Shown here in pieces: positions 51,301 to 64,000 of a DNA stretch of 64,000 bases. The translations under genes and the position numbers were made by a program. Each line of letters opens with the position of its first letter. Positions within the stretch are counted from its first letter, which is position 1. A model generated the notes under the pieces. It was not told the DNA's origin. It did not search any database and was given only the letters and a program-made list of their open reading frames with translations. Origin of the DNA: Trichoplax sp. H2 (lineage: Eukaryota); contig NOWV01000161.1 of NCBI GenBank assembly GCA_003344405.1, positions 62,001-126,000 on the forward strand, read 5' to 3'.

Positions 51301-54243
51301 AGAAAGCTTAATTAATCCTTCTAATGCTAATAATCCAACCACTCAATTATTCTCTGGTATCTCCGCTGCAGGACTTATATCGTAAGTTCACTTTTAATCG
51401 TGTTACATTCTAACGATATTAATTTACCTCCAAGCGCTAATATATTCCTTTTGTAAGAACAAAAGTCATTTATGTTTCAATATGATAGTTAAATGCTATA
51501 TGATCTCATACCGCTCTAATAAATTCAAATTAGGATAACGATAAATATATAATTTAATACATGCATGAGTAGCGATGATCCATATTCAATTTACTCACTT
51601 ATAAAATCACTACAACATCCGTGATGTATACCTCATATGTATACACGCACTTCTTCAAGTATTCAGTCTAACTACTTAAAAACATTAGTGGAACTTCATA
51701 GCTAGCTAGCCACATCTCGTAAAGATATTTACTTTTCAAGTTTTGCTACCTAATTTCGCTCCATTATTAAATTAATCATCGATAAGTAACGCGCTATATC
51801 ATTTTATACCTTCTACAGTGCATGCCAGCAGAACAGAGCATTGTACACTGCTCTAAATTTATCCAAAAGTGCTAATATTGCCAATATTGTTGAAGGTGGT
51901 TTGGTTAATACCGTAAGTGCTGAATAGGAAATTTTACTGAAAGTAAAATAACTTTTTAACATTTTGCAATTTCTTTTATTGCCTTAAATTTATTTTCTTC
52001 CCCTGTTATATATTTCCTTTTTGCTGTTCAACTTATGTTACTATTTTCTTATGCAACAGACCCTGAATAGCGCTGAAACTCAGCTTAATTCTATTACCAT
52101 CGACTATTCAAAATTAAATGTTGCTGATAACTCGACATTGAATAATTTGGACACTCTAAAATCGCAAATTGACGCAATCAGCATATCCAATTATGATAGC
52201 TTGGTAATAACAAAATACCGAATTGATATTATTCCCTCGATCTAACTTTAAAATATAGTAATTCTGTCTGTGAATAATATAGTATTGTCCTAGAAGTTAT
52301 TATAGAACAGTAAAAAAATGCAAAATTAGAAAATCTTAAAACCCTGTTTTAACTATTTTCTAATTTTATCCCATTACTAGATCAATAAAGCAAAAGTAAC
52401 ATTCAACATATCAGACTATGCGGATACCCTGACTGCAAAAGCCGAACAAATTCGGCAAGTTCCTCATCCTGTAAGTTCTTTATTTTGATCAAGAATCTGA
52501 TACAAGTATACACTTGTATGATAGTTTAAGAACAATCCTTCAGCGATCAGTAACCATTAGTATAAAATTCATCTTTAATACTAACATATAGAATTATGCT
52601 TTAATTGAAGTGCTTCTTTTCTAATAATTAAAAATAGACGGCAGCTTCTGTTGCAACTAAACTAGATTCAGTTGCGATTCAACTCAACACTACCATACCT
52701 AATACCATCATTGAACCGATCAATTCCAATTTGGTAATTATTGTAAAATCGAAATTAACTAAAATACGGATTATAACAAATAATAATAGTACAGTTATAT
52801 ATATATCACACAACTATTGTAGACTGCCATGAATACCTCTCTTCAATTATTGGTAACAAATAAAGCTAAATTATCGGTAAGTCACGTTACAATGATGCAT
52901 CTATTGTAGTGCCATAAAAATTTTGCTCCTAATAGTAGCTGATATTAACTATTAATTAATAATAATAAACATCTTCCAGACTCAAATTACCAGTGTCAAA
53001 GATGCTGTTATTAACTGGAATAGCTATGTCGCTAATACTTTGCCTAATACAGTCGCTGGAGTAAGTACAAACATTTCATACCTATGTAACTTTCGTAGTT
53101 CTTGGAATAACGCTCTACTTACCGGTTACCGTAGGTGATTAATACTTTCAAGAACAAGCTTTTTGGCTACGTTAGACAGTATTCGTCTCATTTAAGCAGT
53201 GAGGTAAGCAAGAAAATAGCCGTTTACTATGATACTTCAGTTACTATATTATTGGCAATGGTTCTTCAGAAAAATAAACTAGTTTACTTAACTACTAACT
53301 AGCTCTATTAAAACAAGTTACTAAATCAGTACTTTGTACATTTTGTATCAACAGATGAAAAATAGTGTTGGACGATGTCAACCAGTCTACAACGCTTACG
53401 CATCTTTGGCTTTGAAAGCAGCTTGTGGTTACGGTATTGATGGTCTGGTAAGTCATAGTTATTGTCCTATAGTATTCTATATTAACAAAATGAGGCCGAG
53501 TCTAAATCTCTTGTCTTATTATAACTACCCGTATAACTTATTAAATTTTAATTAATCGCAATTAATTATCGGTTATAGAGTGGTTTCTGGTTCGCTCTAT
53601 GCATGTGCGTTGGATGTTTTATACCCAACTGTATCTTATCTATTAAATTGGCGAAATACTTCAGAAGGATGAAGACAGAATTTTTCACTTCCAAAAATGC
53701 AAAACAAATGTTGTAAGTTTCACAAAAATAACTATAATTGGAATCATTACATTTGTTGTTCTATATCAGATCACTTTAGTCATAACTTTAGATAAACTTA
53801 TGGAAACCTTTATTTTTATTAATAGTGAAAATAGCCCTAACAAGGATAACGTTCAACTCAAAAAGTAAGATATTTTCCCCCATATATTAATTAATGCAGT
53901 AAATACACTCATCATTTAATTATAAATAAGGCTAAAATTAGAAGCTTTATTATCTATAGTATTAATTATAAATTATCCATATATGGATAGTTTATTATTT
54001 ACTTATTAAAACTGAGCATCTTTCAACTACGTTATGCTCAGATTAAAAAATTTTAAATTAATGTATAACAACGATTAAATATCTCTATGATTGATTAGCT
54101 ATAAAGGCAATAAGGTTGGACCCTCAGGACCCGTTGCTGAAAAAGTCCCACCACCGCCTGGATACAAAGCTAACGGTCATCGTGGTCCACCACGCCCGCC
54201 AATGAAACGAAGTTCTGGTCACAAAGTTCCTATCGCTTACTAA
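45388..54243 (+). CDS. Prominin-family pentaspan glycoprotein, paralog B
   Basis: Signal peptide MSKFQVGILTFLVLAIHTVYG. Later motifs are LYAMAKGFTNALIPGHLPY, GLIFCCCRMCGKCGG, KRSTTSNIAGYLLMA, GANTEKACQ, VGRCQPVYNAY and SGFWFALCMCVGCFIPNCILSIKLAKYFRRM. The last exon ends HKVPIAY*. Confidence 0.92.
45950..46335. repeat. ~190-bp direct duplication (2 copies plus a start) in prominin B intron 1
   Basis: CAAC.ACGGCACTTTAAATAA...ATCTCTC.ATTTCTCTC.TCTTCA...AAGATGCGAT.GTCAATT at ~45973 and ~46163, partial at ~46315. Confidence 0.8.
46400..47350. repeat. Highly degenerate tandem array (~178-bp unit, ~5-6 copies) in prominin B intron 1
   Basis: TTT(A/C)TCCTC(C/T)TTCC-type motif at ~46586, 46764, 46940 and 47059. 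An AGAAA..TACTTT...GCTGCCTTT-type block recurs at ~46465, 46652, 46830, 47003 and 47122. Confidence 0.7.
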
Positions 54244-55368
54244 ATGATTACTTAATCATCTAGAGCTTTACCAATGATGTAAACTACACATCAACAATGG
54301 GTCTGTAAGATATGACTCTTCCTTTAGTCTTTAAAAATTTCTTTTTCTAATTAAATATTATATCATAAAATGGATACATAGATAAAATTACTTTAGATAG
54401 AGCAATAGTTTGCCGTTGGCATAGTATCATATCGGCATAAATGTCAAATTTCACTTATGTTATCCGACGCCAATCGTAAGACTATCATCCACTAATTTCC
54501 TATCATCGTTAACCATTAATTGTCATTGTATTTCTTGTTGATATCATCTGCATCCTTGCATTACCTGTAGAACATAATTCTATCCTAAGTTATTGGCGTA
54601 ATACGCGCCAAGATAGTTAATATTTTATTGTAAACATAGAGGAAATTCCTACCAAAGTCTTTGTAATTTAGTAACAAAGCATAACTAATGCTAAACTTAT
54701 CTTGTACCAAAACTGTACTGAATATCATTATATTGTTGCTTAAAAAAGTTTCAGCATCTTCAAAATTATTAAAGTCATTCAAATCATAATGCTGAATGCA
54801 ATGTTAACATGTCAGAAGTAAAATATAGTCGTATCCATAAATAATCGTAATTTTTAAAGGAGTACCGTAATACGGTATTAGAGTCACTTTATTCGTTCTG
54901 TATGAGTGAATAAAAGAACATTTATTTACTATAAAGACCAATACGTGTTATGATTATTACTAATTAGAATTATCAATGCCGTCATTCATAACCTATCATG
55001 CAGAGTAAAACAAGAATTGTCGATTACATATTCAGAGGAATAGCACACCAAAATGAATAGAATAAAATTAATTACTAACGCACGTAAAATGAATTGTAAC
55101 TTCTACGTGGCATGGCTGAAAATACGGTCGTACTATGTTTGATGACCTTACATTAAAAGAATTACATATTCATGATTAATCCTAGCATAATGTTATCATT
55201 CAGAGAATATTGCTTTCTAGTTACATATCTCATACATCAAATAGGCAGTAACCTTCGACAAATATTATAAATATACAGGTTCATCTAGCAAACCTGCAAA
55301 ATCGTAACACATTTCGAAGTACCCATCTAATAATTCCACTACAATAGGTTTAACCCTTGTACAAATGC

Positions 55369-58300
55369 TCAAGATATCCTCGGCACATTATTATTTAGTC
55401 GAACATACAAATTCTTTATTACGTTCTGTAGTATGCAATTTTAAAGCATAAAGAGTTTTATCCAATTAACGCTTACAAAAATTTCAATCATCTACAACTT
55501 GTGAGTAGTGGTATTTAGGTAATTATACCATTTTAGGCTTTTCCTGTAATTAAAAGCATGCAACCAATAAATGCAAAATTGTAGAAAAAAGACCTTAAGT
55601 GATCAGACAATTTACAAAATTTTAAATTTTTATTGTGAATTCTATGACTTACCGCGTGCATATAACCAGTATCATAATATGCATCCCTATGAAAAATATG
55701 AAGGAAAAGTTTATTCTCGGGTTTACTACTACTTTGATTTGACTACTATAATCTCACTTACATAGCGTTTTTGTCATAGGGATGCTCTTTTTCCATACGT
55801 CTATAATATTTCGCCAGCTTTACTCCAAATATAATATTTGGTATGAAACAAATGGCGCATATTCCCACAGCACACCATACACCGTTCTACAATTGAGATA
55901 TAAATTTTATGTGACATGTACCAATAATGTTACAACAAAATAAAATTTAACATATCGTAAGCAAATCGGATTAATTGATTGAACCATTTCCAAAAATCAC
56001 ATACTATTGCATCTTGCAAGAAATCACAGACGACGTTTACTGCATTGTCGTACACATTACGTAGAACAAAGCATTTGCCTACGTCGTTCGAAATCTACAC
56101 GATAGAAATAAAATAGTATCACTTCTAACAATTATAATAAATCAAAATTAACAAAGTGCATACCTATTAATTTATTTATGTTAAAAATAATACTGATCCT
56201 AAAATAACTACCTTGTTTTTAACATAGTTAGCATATTCTTTGGCTTCGTTACCGATTTGGGTTGCGATAGTTTTTACAAGCTAAATATTTCAAAATTGGA
56301 TAGCATAAATTTGGTAAATAAATGTAAGATATTCAACACTAATTACGATATACTGCAACCAATCATTGTGATTTAAATGTGTTATACTGTACTTACGTTC
56401 TTAGCATCCGTATGAAAGCTGGCTTTTATGTAATTATCGGCAACTTTAGCTCGATCTAATAATACCCTTATATCACTCTATATATAGATGAATGTAATCA
56501 AACTTTAAAACAAGGCAGTATTTACTCTACGAAGTTTTGTCATCATTACGCTTGAATCTATAATATAATATCTATTTAATTGTTGCAAGAAATTTTGCTT
56601 AATACAATACTAACCCTTAGAGCCATAATTTCTGTTTCTAGTTTGTTGACATTTGTTTGTAATGAAGTCTAATTATGATCAATAAAGTAATTAAAAGACT
56701 TAGGCGAAAATATATAGATAAGCTAGACTGTTCACAACTATAATACTCGTATCATAATTTAGTACCTTCAATTGATTAATGGCAGCAACCTTCCCGGAAT
56801 TTAAGATACGAAGTTCTTGTGCAACTTGTCGAACATCATTAGCAACGCTCTGAATAAAAGTACCAGCACAACAATTTTAATCAATTATGTAAGCTAACCA
56901 TCCTTATTTTGTAAACATTGTATACGGTTAACTGCCAATATACAAGCAGTAGAGCTATTATTCTGATACAATAGCAAGCTAACTACTAAACTTACGGTGG
57001 AATTTGTATCAGCTTCTAGTCTATTAGCGTAATCCACTAAATTGATCGAAGTAGTTCTTATCGACAGCTACAAATAGCAAAAAAAGAAGCCGAAACAATG
57101 AGGTCACAAAATCGTTGACTTTAATTACGTTGAAGTTTCCCAAACAAATAACATTTAAAGCTTACTATAGCGTCAATTTCAGTAGTATTAATTTTAGTAG
57201 CATTATTATTCAGACTCTCTTGCAGAGTTCGATTATTCTGACTACTCAGAAGTGTTATATTAGGCGTTGGAATGACTATTTTGTCCACTTCAGCAGTTAT
57301 ATTCGGAAGGAGCTGTAAAAAAGATTTTAAAAAATTTACGACAATAAATTAAACTACCTGAAAAGTATCTATCCGTTATGTAAGTTATCTTTAAAATTCT
57401 AAAATTTTACCCTTTGAATATCTAATTCTTTGGTAATGTTAAAGCGATAGGCTAAAAGAAATGTTGAATATAGCGAGTTATCCTTTTGGCATTCACTGTT
57501 AATTTGCAACGATAAGAAAAAAGAAATCAGATATATATAAAAATAAAGTTAATTATAATCAGATTAAAAGGCATACTTCAGGATTCTGGTAGCGGTCAGA
57601 GGAATAGTATCGTTTTGTAATAAAAATCCAGCGATGGGATAGCCACCCCAAACAGTTTCATTATCAATTACCTGTAATTTATAGCAAAAAACTAGTTAGT
57701 GATAGCATGTATATGGTGATAAAGGCATGAATAAAACACTGTAGTATTATCCTATGTGCTATAACTAGCTAGTAAATGATTCAATGGCAAGCAGAATCGA
57801 ACCTGTCTGTAGATACTACCATTCTTGATTGGGTGGCAAGCAGCCCGCTGCATATTACCACCAATCATGAAGAAAGATGCGTTAATGAACAGGTAAAAGA
57901 ATGCGAATATAAACATTAGCCCTACGCTCCTGTAACATGAGAATGATAAATTCTTAATTGAAACTAATGTAAAAATAAAAATTATTTGCTGGATAAATAT
58001 ATTAACAACTTACGCCATTAAGAAGATGCCGCCAGCATTTGACATTAAACCGCGTTCAGTCGGTGCAGCATCGGCCTTACGTCCAAGTATTCCAAAGAAT
58101 AATCCAAGGATAATCAAACCAGGGAATAGCATAAGGATACCGCTGTAAACCATATATCCAGCTACCCTGTGGAGTCAACACAATAATTGTGATATGCATA
58201 AATTGTCGGTATTTAATTAAAATACAAATCAATCGGGAGTACTGTACTACAGACACGGTTAAGCGGTATAAGAATTTAGTTAACCTTTGTCTTAATATTT

Positions 58301-61300
58301 CCTTAAACAATGATTCAAGATAAAATTTATTGGATAATCAGATGTTTTAGGCACTTACACGTATACATCATACTCCTTTTTCTCTTTCTGAAGTGCATTG
58401 ATCGCTGGATTCACGTAACTCGTTATATTGAACTATTCCCATAGGAATCAGAATATTGATAGTAAGAAATAGACTAATAAAACTGCTAATATATGAACAC
58501 ACGTACAAAATCGTATTATCTTACGTTTCTAATGAAAGATATATAGGATAAAGCAGATCTTCGAATAGTGTCCAAACTCGTTAACTGAGTGGAGATTTCT
58601 GTAGCCATAAAATAGTATATATACATTATTAATGTTGAATTGACAATAAACAATTAATAGATAAATTATTTTCAAGCATATCATACTTTGCCTAGCACTC
58701 TTCGTTTCATTTACGACTTGTTTTGGAATCTTTGCAGTACGATTATTGATCTAGTAAATAAAAAAGATATTCACTTTATTATTAAGCAATAGGAATGACA
58801 TAAAAAAGTAAAATTTTTTAAATACCTCTCCACTAATCTTTAACGGCTGCCGATCAGATACATTCTTGATTACATCAGATACGGGCTGTAAGCTTGGCAT
58901 CTATCCATAATTAAATTTATTTCAAATATTAGTTTGCAAAATCAAATAAAAATGATCCGTCAATCCTAACAACAATAATTAATTAATGGATTATATATAT
59001 ATGAATAGGATTAGCTCCAATACTAATAAAATAAAGCACAAAATAATCCATCTTTATCATAAAGTTTAAAATTTAATAAAACAATTCAATTGACGTCGTA
59101 GTAATTAAATAGTAAAATAAACGATAATTGATATTGCAAGAATACAAAAAATACAGTTTTACACCTAAGCTTCTTAATGTCATGATTTTTACCTTCGAAG
59201 CATCAAAGATTACGAATAAACTCGAAATGTTAAATTGAACGGAACTGCTGCACGAACAGGCTGTTTCAAGTCGAGTAAGGTTTGCCTTAATAGCGTTTAT
59301 CGTAATGTTCAATTCAGTCATATTAGCATTGAGTTGAGATAATTGTGAATTAATTTTCTGCAAAGTCATATTGGCCGCAATATTATCTACAATGAATATA
59401 AATTAATCATAAATTAATTTGTAGCACTTTTAAAATAGCTTATAGCAACTATATAAGAGGATTAGTATAATTATTAGCGTTAATAATTTCAAAATACCAC
59501 TTGATAGTTGTGTTAAAATTTGAACTACTGGATCTGTTCTATTCTGAATCATTCCTTTTAAGGGAATACCAACCGTAGTCTCAATACCTGTGGTGATAGT
59601 TATCAAATTATATATACATGAATTAGTTATTAATGAACAACATTTAAAAAATAATTTTTTTTAAGTCAATTACCGCTGTCGCTGATATATCTTCTAACTC
59701 TGCTCATGGTAATGTTGAAATCATTGTCCAATAAAATTGTGAATTGCTAGAAAAATTAAATAGGTATTTTCTCGGTTACTTTAAACGGCCACCGATGAAA
59801 TAGAATTAATCACCAGTAGTAGCCGTAAGATGTACTTATAATTGGAAGAAGTCGATACGATGGATGGTGAATTAGGGTTAATTAATACGTCATGTAATTT
59901 CAACCTTGTACTTGTACATGTATGTATGTATAATACACTGTAGCTAATTTATTTTAAAGTTGATTTTATCTATTCAAAATTTTTTTCTTAAATCACGAAA
60001 TATTCAGACAGCTTACATTTGATGTAACAGTTTGATAGTTAGTAACATCCACCAAACCATTTCGGAGGGTTACGTCAACTTTCTGTACAGTTTCCGCTAA
60101 TTGAGCGGAACTCAGAAAGCAGGTAATAGCTCCACCGCTAAAAGAGTAGACAAAATGCATAATATACATTCATTATAGAAAATCTAGGCGATATCGTCAT
60201 AATGTACGAAATTAAATTAAAAAATTATTTTTTATAGTCTATTAAGTAACGAGAGAAAGCTATAAGCAGGTCTAAATTAACTCAAAACACTTTTAACATC
60301 GATTATAATTATTGAAAATATTGACATAATCATTTATTACTGTTTTGATAAAATGCATGATTAATAAGTTAATTTACGAGTGGTAAATGATAATAGCAAA
60401 CAAGAAAATTGCTAAAGCTACAGTATAATACAGTATTTGAATACAGTATCAGCTGGGGTTAACCTATTACTCTCACAGATGATTATTTCCAACGGACAAA
60501 AATCAACATTAAATTAACATTGCAATGGATAGCATACTGTGCAATGCGTTAGCATAGCACTTAGACTGTACTGTACATCATTTAAAAGAGAAGAGTGCAG
60601 GCAAATAAACTAGCCCATAACAAGATAGGTCACTAAATATAAGTACTGTACTGTACGTTATACCGTAAACTTATAATTAATATGAACTTACATTGCTAGG
60701 AGGGAAAATATTACTAAAAATATGCCATAACAGATTCCTTTGCATCTAAAATTCTTTCCTCTGGCTTGCATCATTTCGCTACCACACATTCCACAACAGC
60801 GTAGTGTACAGAAAGTGATACCAACTATAACGAATGTAAAAGCAGCAACAATACCGATACCACCAAGAATTGCGAAAACAAGCTCGTAATGGATAATCTG
60901 TTATAATGGTCATTTTTTTGTTAAAACAAGGTTGATTAATTTCAAAATATGAAACAGCCTAGAAAACGTTTGAGTATACAGTACTAACTGTACAAAAAAA
61001 TTAATTGTAATAACCGATTAGATAATTTTTCATTATGTCGATAAATTTATTGGTGAAAAAACTGTGATTTTCTAATATTACCAATAGTACGAGTACAAGT
61101 CAGTAAGAGACTGATATTATATAGAAAGAGTCACTTTTTCAAGTAGTACTTGATTAAATTTTAAATCAATTAAACAAAATATGGTTTTTCAATCGTTCAA
61201 TAGATCCATGTACTGTACTACATGACCCGCGTTGGCTGATTTCAATTGTGCCCTTACCTTCTCGTAATTCAAATCCCAAACAGCCTGAAGTTGTGAAGTT

Positions 61301-63418
61301 GTCCGTGCTTTAATCAATTCACGGAGGACACCTAGGTATTAATAAAGTAAGCAAGACAGCATTATTATACAGTAGTAGAAGTAATGTACATTGCATGATT
61401 ATTGATCTTTAAAATATCGTGGTATATAGATATACCGCAAGCATACCAGGAATAATTTGGTTAGTATTAACAGAAAAAGACATTGTTGTTTTTCACTATT
61501 ATAATAATATCACGGCGAATGCTCTAAAAATAATAATCGTCTCCACTTAACACTGGATAATCAATGTGTCGTTTGTCGTTTGATATTTCATTCTATAGCC
61601 CAAACTTTGTGTTGTACTCAATGCGGATGGACATGATTACTGTAGAATATTACAATACTATCATTTTATTAGCTTTATTAGGGCTTGCTAAGGTCCTAGC
61701 TGTAGTTATCTTCAAAACTGTTTGCTAAATTAATATACGTAAAGAGTCAGATAGGTTAACAGATCTACCAAATATTGTCATCATGCTTTTCATCTGCTCC
61801 TGCTAATGCTAGGGTAAAGTAATGAATACTTCTAACTGACTCTTGACATTCTGGGCAGTACTGTAAGATGATACGGGGGGGGGGGGTTATGTCAGCATTC
61901 TATATCGGAATAGAAATTTTAAAATTAAACCAATTTATGAATGCCACCATACTCAATGTACATTTCACAGCAACTTGGCGTAGCCTAACATCACATTTAA
62001 GCGACACATGATTCCCTGCGCGAAGATAATTTGTCTTCAAAAGCAATCAATATTGAATTTCAATTTTCTACCTTCAAAATTAAATTTTTTTGAGAGTATA
62101 GAAAAGGATTTTAGATGTCCAGTATGAAGATTGATAAAGAATAACATTTATTATTATTATCATCCCGATCGGGGACAGACATCACTTTAACTTTATTATC
62201 CATCAATTTTTTTTCTTTTCTGTCCCGACGTAACCACAATTCGTCATTTATAAACAAAGTCTCGTTAACATGTTAACATCCTCCAGCTTCAACACTTTCA
62301 TATTCAGTTTGATACTAATTCATAGACAAAGGATTGGGTCAGACAGTGTATATGGATAGAAAGCCGGCGAAATCAAGTCGGTTGCTATATTGCACACTAG
62401 ACAAGGACATTTTTTTATTCATGTTGTCGATCAGGAGAAAACATTTCTAATTAACGTGGAAATGTACAGGAGTGTAGAAAGGAATCAACTTCTGCTGATG
62501 TCAAATAAGCAAATATTCATCACAATAGAACGCCAAGATTACTTTCAATAGTGGACGGACAAATATCGTATACTTATTAAAAACGTGATCCAACAGTAAT
62601 TAAGTACTGTATAGTCAATTGTGGTGGCCGGATATCAGTATGTTTATGTCTACTAATGAAATGATTTTATCATTGGGATCACAATTGCAGTTTTACTCCT
62701 GTATGTACGCGTACAGTTGCTAACCTTCTCTTACCAACAAATGCAACAGAATCTGCTATATTGGTTGGTAAAAAATAGATTTGTTATTTAATTCTTGAGA
62801 TCAAAGTAATATCCAATTGGATGAAAGGTCAACAATGTCAATAACAACAACATTAAAGATAAATCAATGATGATTTCGATGTCAAAGTGGATCGATCTTG
62901 GCCCTCTCAAAAATGAATTCATTTCTACTGTATGAAACCAGTCATTTCACTAGTCCTGAATCAAATAATCAAATCGATTCTAATTGTAGTCATTGTGAAA
63001 TGAAGAGGAAAATGGCAATTGTACTAAGGAACTCGCTTGCAAGATGATCATTTGGTCATTTAGGTTGATGACTAGGAATTAGGGATGGATATTCAGTATT
63101 GATATTGTACTTACCGTAAGGCAATTCTTGAGTATGGATGGCATTGATAAATCCACGAGCGATATTATAAAAAAAAGCCATGCCAGTTTCCAATGGAGTT
63201 GTGGCAGTATTGGTCACGATTTGATCCTGAGTCGGTAACTTGGAAAAGAGTGAGCTGGAAGATGAAGTGGTTATGGTAGTCGTATTGGCTGTCATGCTAT
63301 TGCCACTTGGAGGAGTTGTGGCTCCTGTCGATTGTCCTAAGCTCAATGTCGCTAACAAGGACAGTGTTAGCAGGGCATGAAAATAAAATGGTTGCATTTC
63401 GCTTGATTTCAATGGCAA
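55369..63418 (-). CDS. Prominin-family pentaspan glycoprotein, paralog C (3' end approximate)
   Basis: Signal peptide followed by a Thr/Ser-rich segment. Motifs are FYNIARGFINAIHTQELPY, FCTLRCCGMCGSEM, PTERGLMSNAGGIFLMA, ISNDVGKCFVLRNVYD and NGVWCAVGICAICFIPNIIFGVKLAKYYRRM. Exons are secure down to ~55652. The last micro-exon and the stop at ~55369 are tentative. The start may be 63418 or the next Met (MQPFY). Confidence 0.88.
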
Positions 63419-64000
63419 TCAGAAATATAATTATAATAATGACTAAAATAACTGTTGGATTGAGGCTTGAATACGCGTCGACTGGCTTTCTCTCTTGTTA
63501 TCGGCTCTGTTGGTCTAACGTCGAGCAAGACACAAAATAATGTTTTTTCCTCTTAGTAAACTTTTTACTTTCTTTCACTACCGGTCGTCTACCGTTTAGC
63601 ACAGCTTTTCTTCACTAGAAACGATATCCAATAATGTGGGAAATGGCCCGTAAAATTCAATGAGGACAAGGAATTTTCTTGCAAGTTTTTAGGCCGCCAC
63701 TGTCACTTTGCCCAATTTAGCTTAATGACGTTTTCACTCGTTTCCTTCTTCTAGTGTACACTTGCGTAGTTGATTCCGAGATTGAAGACTGAGGCGTTAT
63801 ATAGCGCTCGTTACTACGTCGTTACATTCCAATGACAACACGAGCGCTAGTGTGTCTGACGGTCTGTAGGGACAGTACAGTGGACACGATCTAAATTTAT
63901 ACTATGACGTCTTGGACAGGACAGTACAGTACACTGTAAAATTCACTTCATGTACTGTACACTGTACACTGAGTGGACAACTGTGTTGTGTTCCATTGTC

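Overview
AT-rich, intron-dense eukaryotic genomic DNA with many short GT-AG introns. The style suggests a placozoan such as Trichoplax, which is an inference and not proven. Six multi-exon genes were reconstructed by hand: RNPC3/U11-U12 65K (+, 408-3584), TAPT1 (-, 4866-9820), CFAP206 (+, 14244-20625) and three diverged prominin paralogs (A -, 23368-34358; B +, 45388-54243; C -, ~55369-63418). TAPT1 has a U12-type intron and lies next to a minor-spliceosome gene, and CFAP206 has a GC-AG intron. TAPT1 is linked to prominins, as in vertebrates. Prominin A has a ~530-aa low-complexity cytoplasmic tail, and two prominin tails carry PPxY motifs. A 248-bp MITE-like element has perfect 23-bp TIRs and internal palindromes. 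Several apparently unrelated tandem-repeat arrays sit almost symmetrically around the divergent prominin A/B first exons. Most ORF-track entries are exon fragments or spurious. Exon coordinates were read by eye and may be off by a few bases.
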